The translations under genes and the position numbers were made by a program. Positions 12,031 to 24,634 of a stretch of 64,000 bases of DNA are shown piece by piece. Positions within the stretch are counted from its first letter, which is position 1, and the number at the start of each line of letters is the position of its first letter. The notes under the pieces were generated by a model. The model worked only from the letters and a program-made list of their open reading frames with translations, did no database searches and was not told the origin of the DNA. The DNA comes from Octopus bimaculoides (Eukaryota): positions 65,173,369 through 65,237,368 of the forward strand of contig NC_068987.1 in NCBI RefSeq assembly GCF_001194135.2, read 5' to 3'.

Positions 12031-12837
12031 TGTATAGATGAGCAATAGGTATAACTGTCATGTTAAGAAGCTTGGTTCACAGAGTCAATTCTACTGAACA
12101 GCAACTGGGGCAAGTGTCTTCAACTGCAGTGAATGAAATTTGGAAACTGCGTAGAAGCCTGTTGCATATTTGTGTACGTAATATAAGATTGAAAGAACCA
12201 TTTAGCCTTGTTGAGAACATGACACCTTTCCAGTTCTGGTGTCAGAAAAAAGTACCTAATAAACTCTGTAAAGTAGTTGGTTTTAGGAAGTGCTTCCAGC
12301 CATAGAATCTAAGTCAAAAATAAACTCATGAGCAAGATAGAGTCCTTCAACCAACCTGGGTGAGGAGCACACACAAATATGTGCTGAATCTGACCATGGA
12401 GACTTGTCAAACCCATATTAGCAAGCAAGGAAAGTGATGATGATGATGATTATATGTGTGTGTGTGTGTGTGTGTATTATATATATTAATGAAAACGTGG
12501 TGCAGGGGAACAACAAAAAAAAACAATAAAATAGGGAAAAAAAATCTACACGTACAAAAGATGTAGATATGCTTAACCTCTCATCAGTTGTCAACCAAAT
12601 ATCATCACAATTTCAACACCTTATGATGTGTGTGTGTGTATGTATATCTGAGTGCATAACAATGCATTAAACGTAATCATACACAGAACATCTACCACCA
12701 AGATGACATACTTCTTGACAGTGAGAAAGTTTTTCTCTCTGATTTTAATAGTATCATTCTCCATATAAGATCTATTTTTAGTTCTCTGCAGAAATAAAGA
12801 TATGTATGATGATGAAAGAAAACAGTCAAATTCTTAC

Positions 12838-12911
12838 TTTGGATTTCTGAGTCTGTTATCGTTAATATCTTCATCCAAGAGAGAAATCTTTGAAAAGTCA
12901 GAGTCATCAGC
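12838..12911 (-). CDS. DZIP1: DZIP1 coding exon 18 (ADDSDFSKISLLDEDINDNRLRNPK)
   Basis: ctatttttcag|GCT ... AA|gtaaga; 74 nt, phase 0/2. Confidence 0.75.
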
Positions 12912-13288
12912 CTGAAAAATAGACCATTAGTATTATCATCCTCATGATTATAATTATCATCATCATCAACATCATTAGCATGAAAAAAAAAAAAAGAAAA
13001 GAAAACAGATGACAACTACTTCTAAATATGACTGAAACCATGCCACCTAATCCTCCATTTTATTGTCTGTAAATAATTTGCATAAAACTTGTTTACACTT
13101 GCCTAGTGAATTTCATTACGCATCACATCAAAGGCTAAAATTCGTATTGCTTACTTGAATATTCTCTATAGTATGTTTGCATTTTTCTGAAACACACCAT
13201 TTATTCTATAAATAATAATCAATTAATTGACCAAACTGCCAGGAAATGTGCTATTTATGCACATCAAATTTTTGATTTAGGGATGGCC

Positions 13289-13332
<44 letters not shown>

Positions 13333-13334
13333 CT

Positions 13335-14760
13335 TTCCATTTACAGAAGACAGGCAAAAATGCAATCTCTGATGAGTTGTACCAAATAAGGCAGAAGCAC
13401 ACACAACGATGATCAGCATCATGTGTCTGCATGAATCACTTTTGCAGTCAATTCCAGTAAAACTTTAGTGAAGTTTTTGTGAAAATTATGCTATTAAATA
13501 ACGGATTAAGATTAGCTAATAGGGAACTCTGTTTATGACAGTAATTCTGATATTTGAAGAAGTGGATTAGTCCAATGAAATTGTAGTACTGCCAACAAAG
13601 GTTTTTGTGGAATTATGAACAAAGTAACAGGCGAGTTGACTCTGTTTGATATCATAAATATTTATCTTTGTATATCAAAATCCTTTCTTTAAACCCTCAA
13701 CTTTAGAAAGTAATCCACTAAAATTAGTGACCTTGATATTAGTATATGGCTATGGATGTTAGGAAGTAAGTATTACTCCATGACAACTCCTGTTGGGTGA
13801 AAAGGAAGGTAACCTATAGGTTGGTGTTTCTGATGGGAACTAAGGTGTGGCTGTTGTCATGAACCACATTAGATTATTTACTCTGACAATCTTAAGTGCA
13901 CATGCTTCCAAAGCTTCACCTTGTACAGAGGCAACTGCATAACTGTTTCAAGTTATATGAACAACTATGCCATGGACAAATTTAGGAAGAACATAAGAGG
14001 ATTCAAGTTCATATTAAACATAACTTTCACCACCACTCTAACTATTGCTATTGTCTTGGGCATTACTTTTGACTTCAATGCAGTTAAGGATTACCAGTAA
14101 AGAAAGCCTATTGAAGAGAACACATAATTTCATGAAGAGACAATATTAATCTGGAACCAGTCAACTATGAATGTGGCAAAAACGGATTTAGATATTATTT
14201 GCAAAGCATCAATGTACATAACTGAAATGAATGTAGAAAAATTTGTTTATGTTAGGAGAGACTTTTTGAATAGCAGACATGTTTCATGCTTTTCTAAAGA
14301 TTTTCTGTTAGATGAACATAAAGAATGTTACAATGTAAAAACAGGTTGGAGGAAATAACCAAGTATAGCAGTACCTCTGTATATTCTGGTTTCTTCATCA
14401 AATCAACAGCACCAGGAAATTTGACATGTGGTCGATTCTGGAATGGAAAAAAGCAAAATGTATCACTATCAAACATGTGGTGCATGAGGACATCATGTAG
14501 AAGTCCTACATGATGAAGAGAGGGCTGTTCATGTCGAGCAAACCAATGACAATTGTATAATTTGTGACCCCCCCCCCCAACATTACATGATCTCTCAGAT
14601 TTCCTGATTTCTGCTCTTGGAATAATATGTCTGTGGTGTGACCAGAGGATGAGACTGACCAGCAACTCCATGATGCCAAGGACATTTTGGCAGTTGCAGT
14701 AATGGGTGTTGTGGGTAGCATGTGAAGGGTCACCTGATCCTAACAAGCAGTCACCTCTGT
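13335..14760 (+). pseudogene. Degenerate coding-like remnant, possibly a MULE-type transposase
   Basis: About 1.4 kb free of SINEs and microsatellites, with stop-ridden partial frames. Weak motifs: ..KVTGELTLFD, SIWLWML, VGVSDGN*GV, YQTCGA*GH. Identity uncertain. Confidence 0.3.
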
Positions 14761-16193
14761 AGCTGCATAAAGAGCATCATTGAAAGCAAGGGGATGGTTT
14801 TGTTGTCTGGTTTGTTTCATTGACACACCTTGTTGAAGGTGTGTGTCATTTTACTGGGGTCACGTCATTAATTTTTCTGTTTGGTATCTTAGTCTCTACC
14901 TTTTTTGTTTTGCTCTCAATTGTTTGGCGGCACATTCTGTACATACACATACACACACATACATGCAACAACTCAAAAATGTCACACACAAACGTCCATT
15001 CATAAACATATACTATCAAAAGCAACAAATATTCATGTACAGTGTGGTTAGGAAGCTTGCTTTTCAACCACATGGTTTTGGGTTAAGTCCCACAGCATGG
15101 CACTTGAGCAAGTGTCTTTTCTACAGCCTTGGGCTGACTGAAGCCTTGTGATTGAATTTGGTAAGCAAAAGTTTCCATCATGTGTATATGTGTGTGTGTG
15201 TGTGTGAAAGTGTTTGTACCTCCTTTAATATATATACATATGTACAAACAAAACCACAAACACAATCCTGGTTATAAACATATAGAAACATTATTACACT
15301 CACAACACACATAGCCATTTGCAAACTTAAATATACACATTTGATGTTCTTGACCAGTCATAGTCAGCAGATGCTAATCAATGTAGAGTAACCTCTCCTA
15401 ACTCATTAACATACGAAATTGCAAATGTGTAGGAATAAACAAGATAAAACCAGAAATACAGGCACTAAGCATACAAGAGACAGTGCATAAGATATCTAAG
15501 TATAGCCAGGAATTACAATGATCTGGAAGAATAAATGCGTCATTATGACAAGTTACCAGTATCATAACAAATAAAATTGGTTGTATGTATGGATAGCAGG
15601 GTTTATGTTGTATGCGGGTATATATGTGTTGTGTGTATGTATGTTTGTGTGAGAGAGAGAGAATAGAAAGGTATATGTGTAGGAGGGTTTGATGTGTGTG
15701 AGTGTATGAACATGATATGTGTGTTCATAGAAAATATTTCTTTTTTTATTTTTTAGTCAGAGAGTAAGGTATTCTTTTCTACTCTAGACACAAGGCCCCA
15801 AAATTTTGGGGGATGCATGCAACTACGACTTAATTTATTGACCCTGAAAGGATGAAAGGCAAAATCAACGTTGGCAGAATTTGAACTCAAAATGTAAAGA
15901 CAGGTGAAATACCGCTAAGCATTTTGCCCAGCATGCTAATGTTTCTGCCAGCTCGCCGCCAGGGAGTAAGGTATTTCCCCCTTACTTTCCTTGACTGGAG
16001 GGAAGGAGAGAGGAAAGTATCCCCAAAATGATGACCTAGCCTGAATGTATGCAACAGAGTGGACTCTGCAATGATGTGTGTGAATGTGATGTGTATGTAT
16101 GTGGTATGTTTCTGGTATGAAGTGTGTATGTGTGTGTGTGTGTGTGTTTGTTGATTAATTGAAAAAGTGTGTGAAAGCAACTCGAGGGAAGAA

Positions 16194-16343
16194 AGCCTCG
16201 TTTTCATTCCAGAGCCTCGTTTTCAATCCAGAGCCTCGATTTCAATCCAGAGCCTCGTTTTCATTCCAGAGCCTCGTTTTCATTCCAGAGCCTCGTTTTC
16301 ATTCCAGAGCCTCGTTTTTAATCCAGAGCCTCATTTTCATTCC
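16194..16343 (+). repeat. 19-bp tandem repeat (agagcctcgttttcattcc) x8
   Basis: Eight near-identical head-to-tail units without spacers, directly preceding a (GAT)n-tailed retroelement copy. Confidence 0.95.
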
Positions 16344-16580
16344 ACACCATTTTGAGCATGGCCGTTGCCAGTACCGCCTGACCGGCCTTCGTGCCGGTGG
16401 CACGTAAAAGCACTCACTACACTCTCGGAGTGGTTGGCGTTAGGAAGGGCATCCAGCTATAGAAACTCTGCCAAATTAGATTGGAGCCTGGTGTTGACAT
16501 CCGGTTTCACCAGTCCTCAGTCAAATCGTCCAACCCATGCTAGCATGGAAAGCGGACGTTAAACGATGATGATGATGATG
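16344..16580 (+). mobile_element. (GAT)n-tailed retroposon 3' end (RTE-related LINE/SINE tail), well-preserved copy
   Basis: Ends ..cccatgctagcatggaaagcggacgttaaacgatgatgat. The same tail recurs at about 9866-9930(-), 11290-11440, 17470-17655, 18873-19230(-), 22560-22840(-), 23600-23810, 25610-25830(-), 26500-27010, 29404-29516, 30500-30895, 33851-33975(-), 42270-42455, 57340-57590. Confidence 0.8.
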
Positions 16581-18187
16581 AAGAGAGAGTAAGTGTTGGT
16601 GATAATGGAATGTATGATGTTATGGGAAAAGAGGGGCGAATGGATATTGATATTTCAAAAGAGATGGGTAGAGATAGAGAGAGAGGATAGAGATCAAAAG
16701 AAAGAGAGAGGGGTAAAGATAGAGAGAGAGGGTAGAGATAGAAGGGAAGAGAGAGGGGTAAATAGAGAGAGAGAGTAAAGATCAAGAGAGAGAGAGGGGT
16801 AGAGATAGATAGTGAGAAAGATTGGTAGGAGTGATATTAACAACGTAGGTAAATACACAGAACATCACATGAATAAATGGAAAGAGACAGGGGAAGTGAA
16901 CACATTGCTGTTATATTTATCTATTGAATTTTTATGCTATTTCATAATGATAATGCAATTTTGATGCCAATTACATAGTAAATATATTTAAGATATATAT
17001 TTGGAAAGGAAGAAAATGATGTCGCTCCGTTGTTGATTAGATACATATAGGAATCCCATAAATCAAGTCTTCATAAAACACACACACACACACACACAGA
17101 GTTAAATACAACTCCTAAAGAATGAATTAGTGAAACTATTGAGAACAGACTATATTGCACTGACAAAGTCTAATAAGGCCGAAACATGTCTGAAGTTGTC
17201 ACTGCTCTGTTAAGGATCAAGCAGACTTACTACAACATTGTAATTTAATACTGCCTTTACCATATTTCTGTTAAAATTCATTGCCTTTGTTTTGGTTAAT
17301 TTTTAAAATAATGAAGAATTTCTTAAAATATCTGTGTCATTACTTAAGCTGTGTTTGGAGTATAAGCATGAAATTTTGATGGAAGATTTTTCATGTCCTC
17401 TATAATAGTCTTTCCCCCCACTCCCTCACTGAACCAAGAGGTCTAAAATACATTTGTGCCCATGCCAATTTTAAGCACCCATGCCATTAGCATGTAAAAA
17501 GCACTAAACACATCCAGTAAAGTAATTGGCATTAGGAAGGTACCCAGCCATAGAAACCATTCCAAACCAAAACAGACAGTTGGAGCCTGGCCAGCTCCTC
17601 TCAAACCATCCAGCCAATGCCAGCATGGAAATCAGATATTAAATGATGATGATGATGAAACGGCAAGTTATTATCATAGAACCAAAGGTGGTCTTAGGGG
17701 CAAGTTGGTATCAAAAGAGTTAAATTATTCAAACCTTTTAATGCCAAACTATCTAAGCCTGTCCTTGGTTGTATGATACCACCTTTCTATTTTAAAGTGA
17801 TCTAAATTAAAACCTTCCATCAAAATTTCAAGTTAAATTATGTTCCAAACACCAACTTGATAATGACATGTTATTCATTAAATACTTCATTATTTTAATA
17901 TTTAATTGAAACAAAGATAATGTATTTCAACAGAAATATAGTAATGAAAGGGTTAATTAATTTAAATTCCTTGCTGCACTTTACCATGATTAACTATCAA
18001 TTTTAATTGAAATTTATTTGCTCACAGCATAAAATATAACAGCACCTGGCTTACTCATTGTTTTTCATACAGTTGCCATCATTAGGTATTTCACCCAGCC
18101 ATTAGTTATTCAAATATGTTAAAAGGGGACTGTGGAAAGTGTGATCCATGTACGGGGACTGAAGTGATACTGAAACAAAAGACAAAC

Positions 18188-18314
18188 CTCAAGTTGGGAC
18201 TGAATCATATTCCCAATCTCAGCAACCTTTGTACCCTTTGTAGGAATTGCTGTTGGACGATTTAGGGTCTTTTTAGAATGACCAGTTAGACTATTTCCTA
18301 CATCGAAATCACTG
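18188..18314 (-). CDS. DZIP1: DZIP1 coding exon 17 (SDFDVGNSLTGH...KGTKVAEIGNMIQSQLE)
   Basis: ttttctctttacag|C ... GAG|gtttgt; 127 nt, phase 2/0. Confidence 0.85.
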
Positions 18315-19968
18315 CTGTAAAGAGAAAAAAAAGTTGAAGTTAATACTTTTTACTGTAAAAAAGAAAAAAAATTTTAATGGTCACTTGATCTGCCAAAAAT
18401 AAGAGCCAAATTTCCTTCAAATTACACCCTCTGCCTTGAGTCTATAGAATCATGAGATTGTAACATATCTGGGTTTCTGTGGCTTTTAAACAACTGATTA
18501 TTCAAGACTACACCCTGAATAGGATACCTGCCCATCATAGGGCTAACCAGCCAGCTGTTGTTGGTACTCCTCTTATAAGAGTCAAGTGGAGAAATGTGGA
18601 ATGAAATGCTTTGCTCAAGGACACAAGATATTATCTGGTCCAAGAATTGATGTCATGATCTAACAATCGTGAACCCAACACTCTAAACCACTTGGCTCAT
18701 ACACTTTCACAAATCACACCCTACAATCTTAAAAATAGAAGTACACCAAGGATAATACAGTACCCCTATGATCACAATAACCCTATGATAATACAGTACC
18801 CCTTTGATCCAGTAACCCTATGATCACAGATTTGCTGTATGAGGCAGACCTTGGTGTAAATAATAATACCAACATCATCATCATCATCATTTAACGTCCA
18901 CTGGCATGGGTTGACAGTTTGACTGAGGACTGGCAAGCCAAATGGCTGTACCAGGCTCAAATCAGATCTGGCAAGGTTTCTACAGCTGGGATGCCCTTCC
19001 TAACGCTAACCACTCCGAGAGTGCAGTGGGTACTTTTTATGTGCCACCTGACTGGCATGAGGGCCAGTCAGGTAGTACTGGCATCGACCACGCTTGAATG
19101 GTGCTTTTTACATGCCACCAGTACAGGTGTCACTCAGGTGGTACTGGCATCAGCCACAACAATGACTTCACTTGATTCAACAGGTCTTCGTAAGAACATT
19201 TTATTGCCCAATGATTGAAGGGTACTCTTATGAACAATATTAACATGCCTCTCTCCTTCTGTGTGTGTGTATGTGGGGGGGGGGGATATATATCAGCCAG
19301 ATAAGTATAGGATCTGAATTTTCTTAAGATTATACTCTACCATCCTAAAAATGGAAGGATGTATTCAACAATGTACCACTAGATACTATGTCAAAATAAA
19401 ATGTAGGATAGTCATGGTTTTATTATATAGTTCTGAAGATGAAAGACTAAACTAGACCTATGCTGCTGCAACAACAACAACAACAACAGGTGATAAAACG
19501 AGATGAAGATATAAGTGTGTACTCAGGGTTCTCAAAAGTCACACATGGTTGATTAAGGTACTAAGCTATTTAATGAATTGTCAGTGGTGCAGGTCTTGTT
19601 ATCAACAATATGCCAAAAGACTCAACACCTTAAGCCTAACCAGTTTTTGCTTATTTGATATTCTGTTTTTGAATTCAATTTGAAAACAATAGGGTTGTTG
19701 GGTTTATAACTAGTCTGTTGCATTTCTGATAGCAAGAATTTTCAGTGAGTGCTTGAATGCTTGAAATCTAATGCAAAGGACTTCTTTCAATGAGCACAGT
19801 TTTACACTGATATTTATATCTTTTGCAAAAGATAAACATAGATACATATAGGACAGGTTTCAGCACGGTTTCTGTTGAACAAATTTTACTAACATGCTTT
19901 TAGTTAAACCAAGGCCTTGGTTGAAGACATTTGCTTATTGTGCAATCATGCAATTGTGAAAAAATATG

Positions 19969-20220
19969 AAGGTGGTGAGCTGGCAGAAACGTTAGCATGC
20001 TGGGTGAAATGCTTAGTGGTATTTCGTCTGTCTTTACATTCTGAGTTCAAATTCTGCCGAGGTCAACTTTGCCTTTCATCCTTTCAGGGTTGATAAGTTA
20101 AGTACCAGTCAAGTACTGGGTTGATGTAATTGACTCTACCCCTCCCTCAAAAAGTTTCAAGGACTTGTACCTTCAGTAGAAAGGATTATTATTATCATTA
20201 TCATTATCATTATTATTATT
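19969..20220 (+). mobile_element. tRNA-derived SINE, family A (head aaggyggygagctggcagaa, (ATT)n tail), representative copy
   Basis: A-box-like head, ttctgagttcaaattc B box, gcctttcatcctttc body. More than 20 copies in the window, e.g. 3078-3299(-), 7393-7570(+), 8170-8820(-, three), 15770-15965(-), 28220-28640(-, two), 31470-31690(-), 32893-33310(+, two), 34440-34630(-), 35235-35461(-), 42514-42712(+), 47010-47450(-), 49390-49605(-), 50990-51160(-), 52550-53040(-), 58800-59020(-), 61850-62390(+). Confidence 0.85.
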
Positions 20221-20282
20221 TGAGAAAACTTGATTATATTCAAGAATATACTCAACAGTTCAAAATATAACATGACACTTAC

Positions 20283-20549
20283 CTGTCTTCAGCATCAAAA
20301 TCAGAACTGACATTTTTACGGGGCAAAGGAACTGGCTGCTTTTTAGGGTACTCCGCAAGATGTGATGGCTGAGCTTTGTCAAGGGCTACACTCCTTGCTG
20401 GGGTTGCAGGGGACTTGGCTGGAGTGTTATAATGTTGGTCATTCAGAAGGGAGGAAACATCAGTATCAGTCCATGAATCAGTTTTCTCTTTATCACTGTC
20501 ATCGCTCTCACTCCAAGGTATTGTTGGCTTTTGCTTTGGACCATTTGAC
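20283..20549 (-). CDS. DZIP1: DZIP1 coding exon 16 (SNGPKQKPTIPWSESDDSDKE...SSDFDAED)
   Basis: ttctgtttctccatgaaag|G ... AG|gtaagt; 267 nt, phase 2/2; matches ORF 20279..20578. Confidence 0.85.
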
Positions 20550-21471
20550 CTTTCATGGAGAAACAGAAAAAATAGCAAAAAATAAAGTACTTACTAAATG
20601 AAACCAAATGGTTTCCACTACTTTCAAATCATCACCCTTACTGTGACCACCATCTTCCTTGTTTTCATCATTGTCATCCCCACCAACACATCAACACCTA
20701 GACACATATCTAACACTCTAGAATGCTAGTACAATACCATTTTAAAACCATTGTCCAATCCTCACACTCATTTCAGACAAACATAGAAAATGCATACACA
20801 TAAAAGTAGCAATAGTATCAATAGCGAGATTAAGTCTAAATGCTGAAGTACACAGCACCAATTGTAGGTTCATAGAAGTAACAACTGTTGGCACTGACCA
20901 AATCTACAATGACTGCTGGTCACCACTGGCAGACACATGCCCATCTGTGTCCACATATGAACTGACTGGACAGTGAAAAGATAAAGAAAAAAGACAATGT
21001 ATCCAGATGGTGACAGAGTACCTTACATGATTGACCATCACATATTGAGCCAACAAAATAATCTCTATAATATACAGTCTTGTTTGATCTGATAGAAATA
21101 ACAGCCAAATCTCTCTCAAATAACACACTACTGTTTTTAAAAAAGAAACGAAGGATTACATCTAATCCTGCAAAAAGACTAAATAGCCACAACCTGAACA
21201 CTTTTGGTCTGATAAGGTTAAATTGCAACAACAGTCACTGTATACCAATGTGTACAGTATCTTCGGTTAAACTCAGATATGGTATATCTGGAACAACAGA
21301 TCTATGCATTACACATAGCTATTGACTATGTATGAACCATAGAGCTGCTGGACTAGAGCCAACCTGGGTCCAAACAGTGGCAGTAGAGATGGAAGTGATG
21401 ACGACAGTAACAGGAAAAGAGACAAAATGAATTAAAGAAAGGTACAGTTAGTGTGAAAAGTCAAATCATAC

Positions 21472-21703
21472 ATTGTTGCTGTAGATTTTCGTATTGATGA
21501 TACTGGCTCATGGCTACTGGATGCCCCTTGAGAATGAATTTCAGCTTTCGAAATAATGGGTCTTGAAGCAAAGGTATCAATTGGCCGATGTGATGCTTGT
21601 TGTTGCTTTGGTTGCTGTTGCTTCTTTGGCATCTTGTTGCTGTTGCTGCTGTTCTTCTTTGAATTAAATCTTACAGTTTGTTGGGGGCTTTGAACTTTTG
21701 GAG
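21472..21703 (-). CDS. DZIP1: DZIP1 coding exon 15 (APKVQSPQQTVRFNSKK...IRKSTAT)
   Basis: gtttattgcag|CT ... AT|gtatga; 232 nt, phase 1/2; matches ORF 21432..21722. Confidence 0.82.
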
Positions 21704-24036
21704 CTGCAATAAACAACCACATAAAGTTTACAAATTAAAAATAACATAATAAAAACCTATGATGGTGTTTCTTTGCTTGTGAAAAGGGCAGACAAATCAC
21801 TCCTTAAATTGTTCTGCCATCGTAACCCCTTTGAGACAATATTTCTACTGAAACACACCTACCTGTGCTTCAAACAGTTCTGTAAACAATCAAGAATTTA
21901 GAGGGTTTTAGTAAAATGAAATTACGTTTGGAACAAGGCTACATTTTCTTACATAAAATTACAATGGAAGATTTTAATGTAACAATGCAAACCTTAAGCA
22001 AATGGCTTCTTTATAAGAACACCAGAGGTGATCTCAGATAGGTTGGTATATAAAAAAAAAAAGGAACACACTGGAAACTGTATTATTAGATATACAAAAG
22101 AAGGAAAAGAAAAAATTGGGGACAGCAAATGTTTGATCAAAGGTATTCCAGCCTTTGATCATAGATCTACGAGACATGGGGGCCAAAAAACATTGACGAC
22201 AGAAGGTGGTTGTCTCTTCACTAAAGCATCGAATCTCTTATGACATGAGCTAAATAAAGAAAAGTAGTCATAAATAAAACCAAGTACTTTTCTACTAAAA
22301 TCAAAATTTTTGATGGCAGAGACTATTGCACTAATGTTGCATATACTTTATATACTAAAGTACATAACATAAAGTGAATACTACCAGTAACTTGTACTAC
22401 TTTCCTTGCATCATCTAATAGTCACATATCTGTGTATGTAACAGTCACATACCTGTTAATGCAGTCCTCATATCAAAACTATTTCGAAACATGAAATATA
22501 AACCAACCAACCAACCAACCAACCAACCAACCAACCAACCAACCGCCGCCGCCGCCGTCATCATCATCATCATCATCATCATTATTATTTAATGTCCGTT
22601 TTTCATGCTGGAATGGGTTGGATGGTTTGACAGAAGCTGGCTAGCCAAGGAGCTGTCCAGACTCCAATTGCCTTTTGTGGCATGATTTCTACAGCTGGAT
22701 GCCCTTCCTAATGCCAACCACTTTACAGAGTGTGCTGGGTGTTTTTTTTATGTCTTACCAGTATGGGTACATTTATGCTGCACCAGCATCAGTGCATTTT
22801 ATGTGGTACTGGCACCTATGAAGGACAAGCCTCTATGTATGGATGACAGTGATTTTGCATAGCTTGATGCATCTTTTCAAGTACAGTAAATTGCCACAAC
22901 TCTTTGTCCTGATATCTACAGAAACTTGTGATCTACCACTTCAAAATATTGTTAAGTTATTTTATTCTAAGAAAAAGAGCACTGCTGGAAATATCAGACT
23001 TCAAATTTACCTAACATGTACTGCATTCCATTCATTCATTATCAAACATACCATTGTGCTTTGTAATAAATTTTATACAGCTGAAAATCCTAAATACCAT
23101 CTAATGCAAATAAAACCAGTTGTCAAAATGGTGAATTTAACCAGACAAACTACTTCTGAATGAGGTAGTGGTATACAAACATCATGTACAGGGTATCTAT
23201 TTACACCCACACACACATGCATGCATGTATGTATGAAATATATACAGGCAATTATGGAATTCTGTGTTTCTAAAAATCTAGCCACAACACAGAAATCTGT
23301 AATATGAAACCTATTTCCCCATTAATTCTCATGGAATAAACTGAGATGTGTTCAAAAAGAAATGTTTTTGGGGAAAAACAAAAGTAATACAAATACTTTT
23401 ATGCATAAAATACACCAGTTTTTAAACAAACATAGTATGAATATATAAAAAAATTATTTGAAAAGAAATACAGAAGGGAATAAATAAGAATGCAGTAATA
23501 GCTCTTCTACAAGAACCTTCTTTGACTCCACTCCTCATATTTTAACCTAAGCATAAAGTTGCCATCCCCTCCACCACCTCCTTGGAGGGGAGGTTGTAGT
23601 CTTGCAGGCTGCATGGAAATCTCAATAGTGCTAGTGGCACAAAAAAAAAAAAAAAAAAGAAAGTATCCGGTTCACCGGTAAATGGAGTGGACACAAGGAA
23701 ATCATGCCGTAATGGACACTGGAGCATGATACAGTCCTTGGACCCATTGGATCCTGTTAAACTATCCAGTCAATGTCAGCATGGAATGTGGACGTTAAAT
23801 AATGATGATGATATTATGGTAAAGTACATACTTATAATTAAGGATGTTAACTGCTGTGTGATAAGCTGTGGTGCAAATGGAGATACCACATTCTGTTCTG
23901 GAGACCATTACTATCAACATTTTGTTAACTAAAGTTGTTTGACATTTATGATGCACTCTTTCTTTGTAAAGAAAAAATTCCAACAGTAACTACAGTAGCA
24001 AAAAAACAAAAAGATTAAAAAAAGGAGGAAACAAAC

Positions 24037-24163
24037 CTTTTACAACAGTTTTACTATCTTTCACAGTTTTCATACTTTTCTCTGAAGCTTGTAATTTTTT
24101 CTTAGCAATGGTGTTGACGAGTTCATCAAGTCTTTTATGTTCTTTATAAAAATCAGGGTATTT
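24037..24163 (-). CDS. DZIP1: DZIP1 coding exon 14 (KYPDFYKEHKRLDELVNTIAKKKLQ...TVVK)
   Basis: ttacattttag|AAA ... G|gtttgt; 127 nt, phase 0/1. Confidence 0.85.
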
Positions 24164-24634
24164 CTAAAATGTAAAATGAGCCAAGCTTTTGAACCATCCG
24201 TAAGTAGATTGACATGAGTAACACAGCTCAGTAGAGCAACAATATCTGTTTCTCTGACTACAGTTGACTATAGGCTTCTTCCAGCTTAATTCAATTTACT
24301 TTATTCTTTTGTCTTAAGTCTAAGACTTCCTACTACTAAGTCTCTACCACTCCATGTTTTCTCAGTTCTTCCTCTACAGAGCCACAGTGCTTTCAGAAAC
24401 ACCATAGTATGCCATGGTTCCTCATGTTGTCAACAATGGAACTGTTTAAAAACTATGCCACACTGCACAACATTACACCCACAAGCTAGTTAGGAAGCCT
24501 CCACACAAATACTATCCAAACATTTTCATAAAGAGGTTAAACAAAAAGAATATATAAAATATGAATATAAATATGAATATAATATACCAGGAAATACATG
24601 ACTAGATTGACTTACTCTATACTATGAAACAGTC

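Noticed and set aside
12692-12787. Extra exon right after exon 18
   Set aside because: It would need a 50-nt intron and breaks the phase needed for exon 19.
13590-13660. GIMNKVTGELTLFD resembling POLR1E/PAF53 (GILNKTSGQMEVYD)
   Set aside because: A single short match; the flanking frames do not continue the similarity.
16194-16343. Possible CRISPR-like array
   Set aside because: Head-to-tail units with no unique spacers, no cas genes, eukaryotic context.
19969-20060. tRNA-like sequences at SINE heads
   Set aside because: A/B boxes are present but there is no full cloverleaf, and each continues into a SINE body; not tRNA genes.
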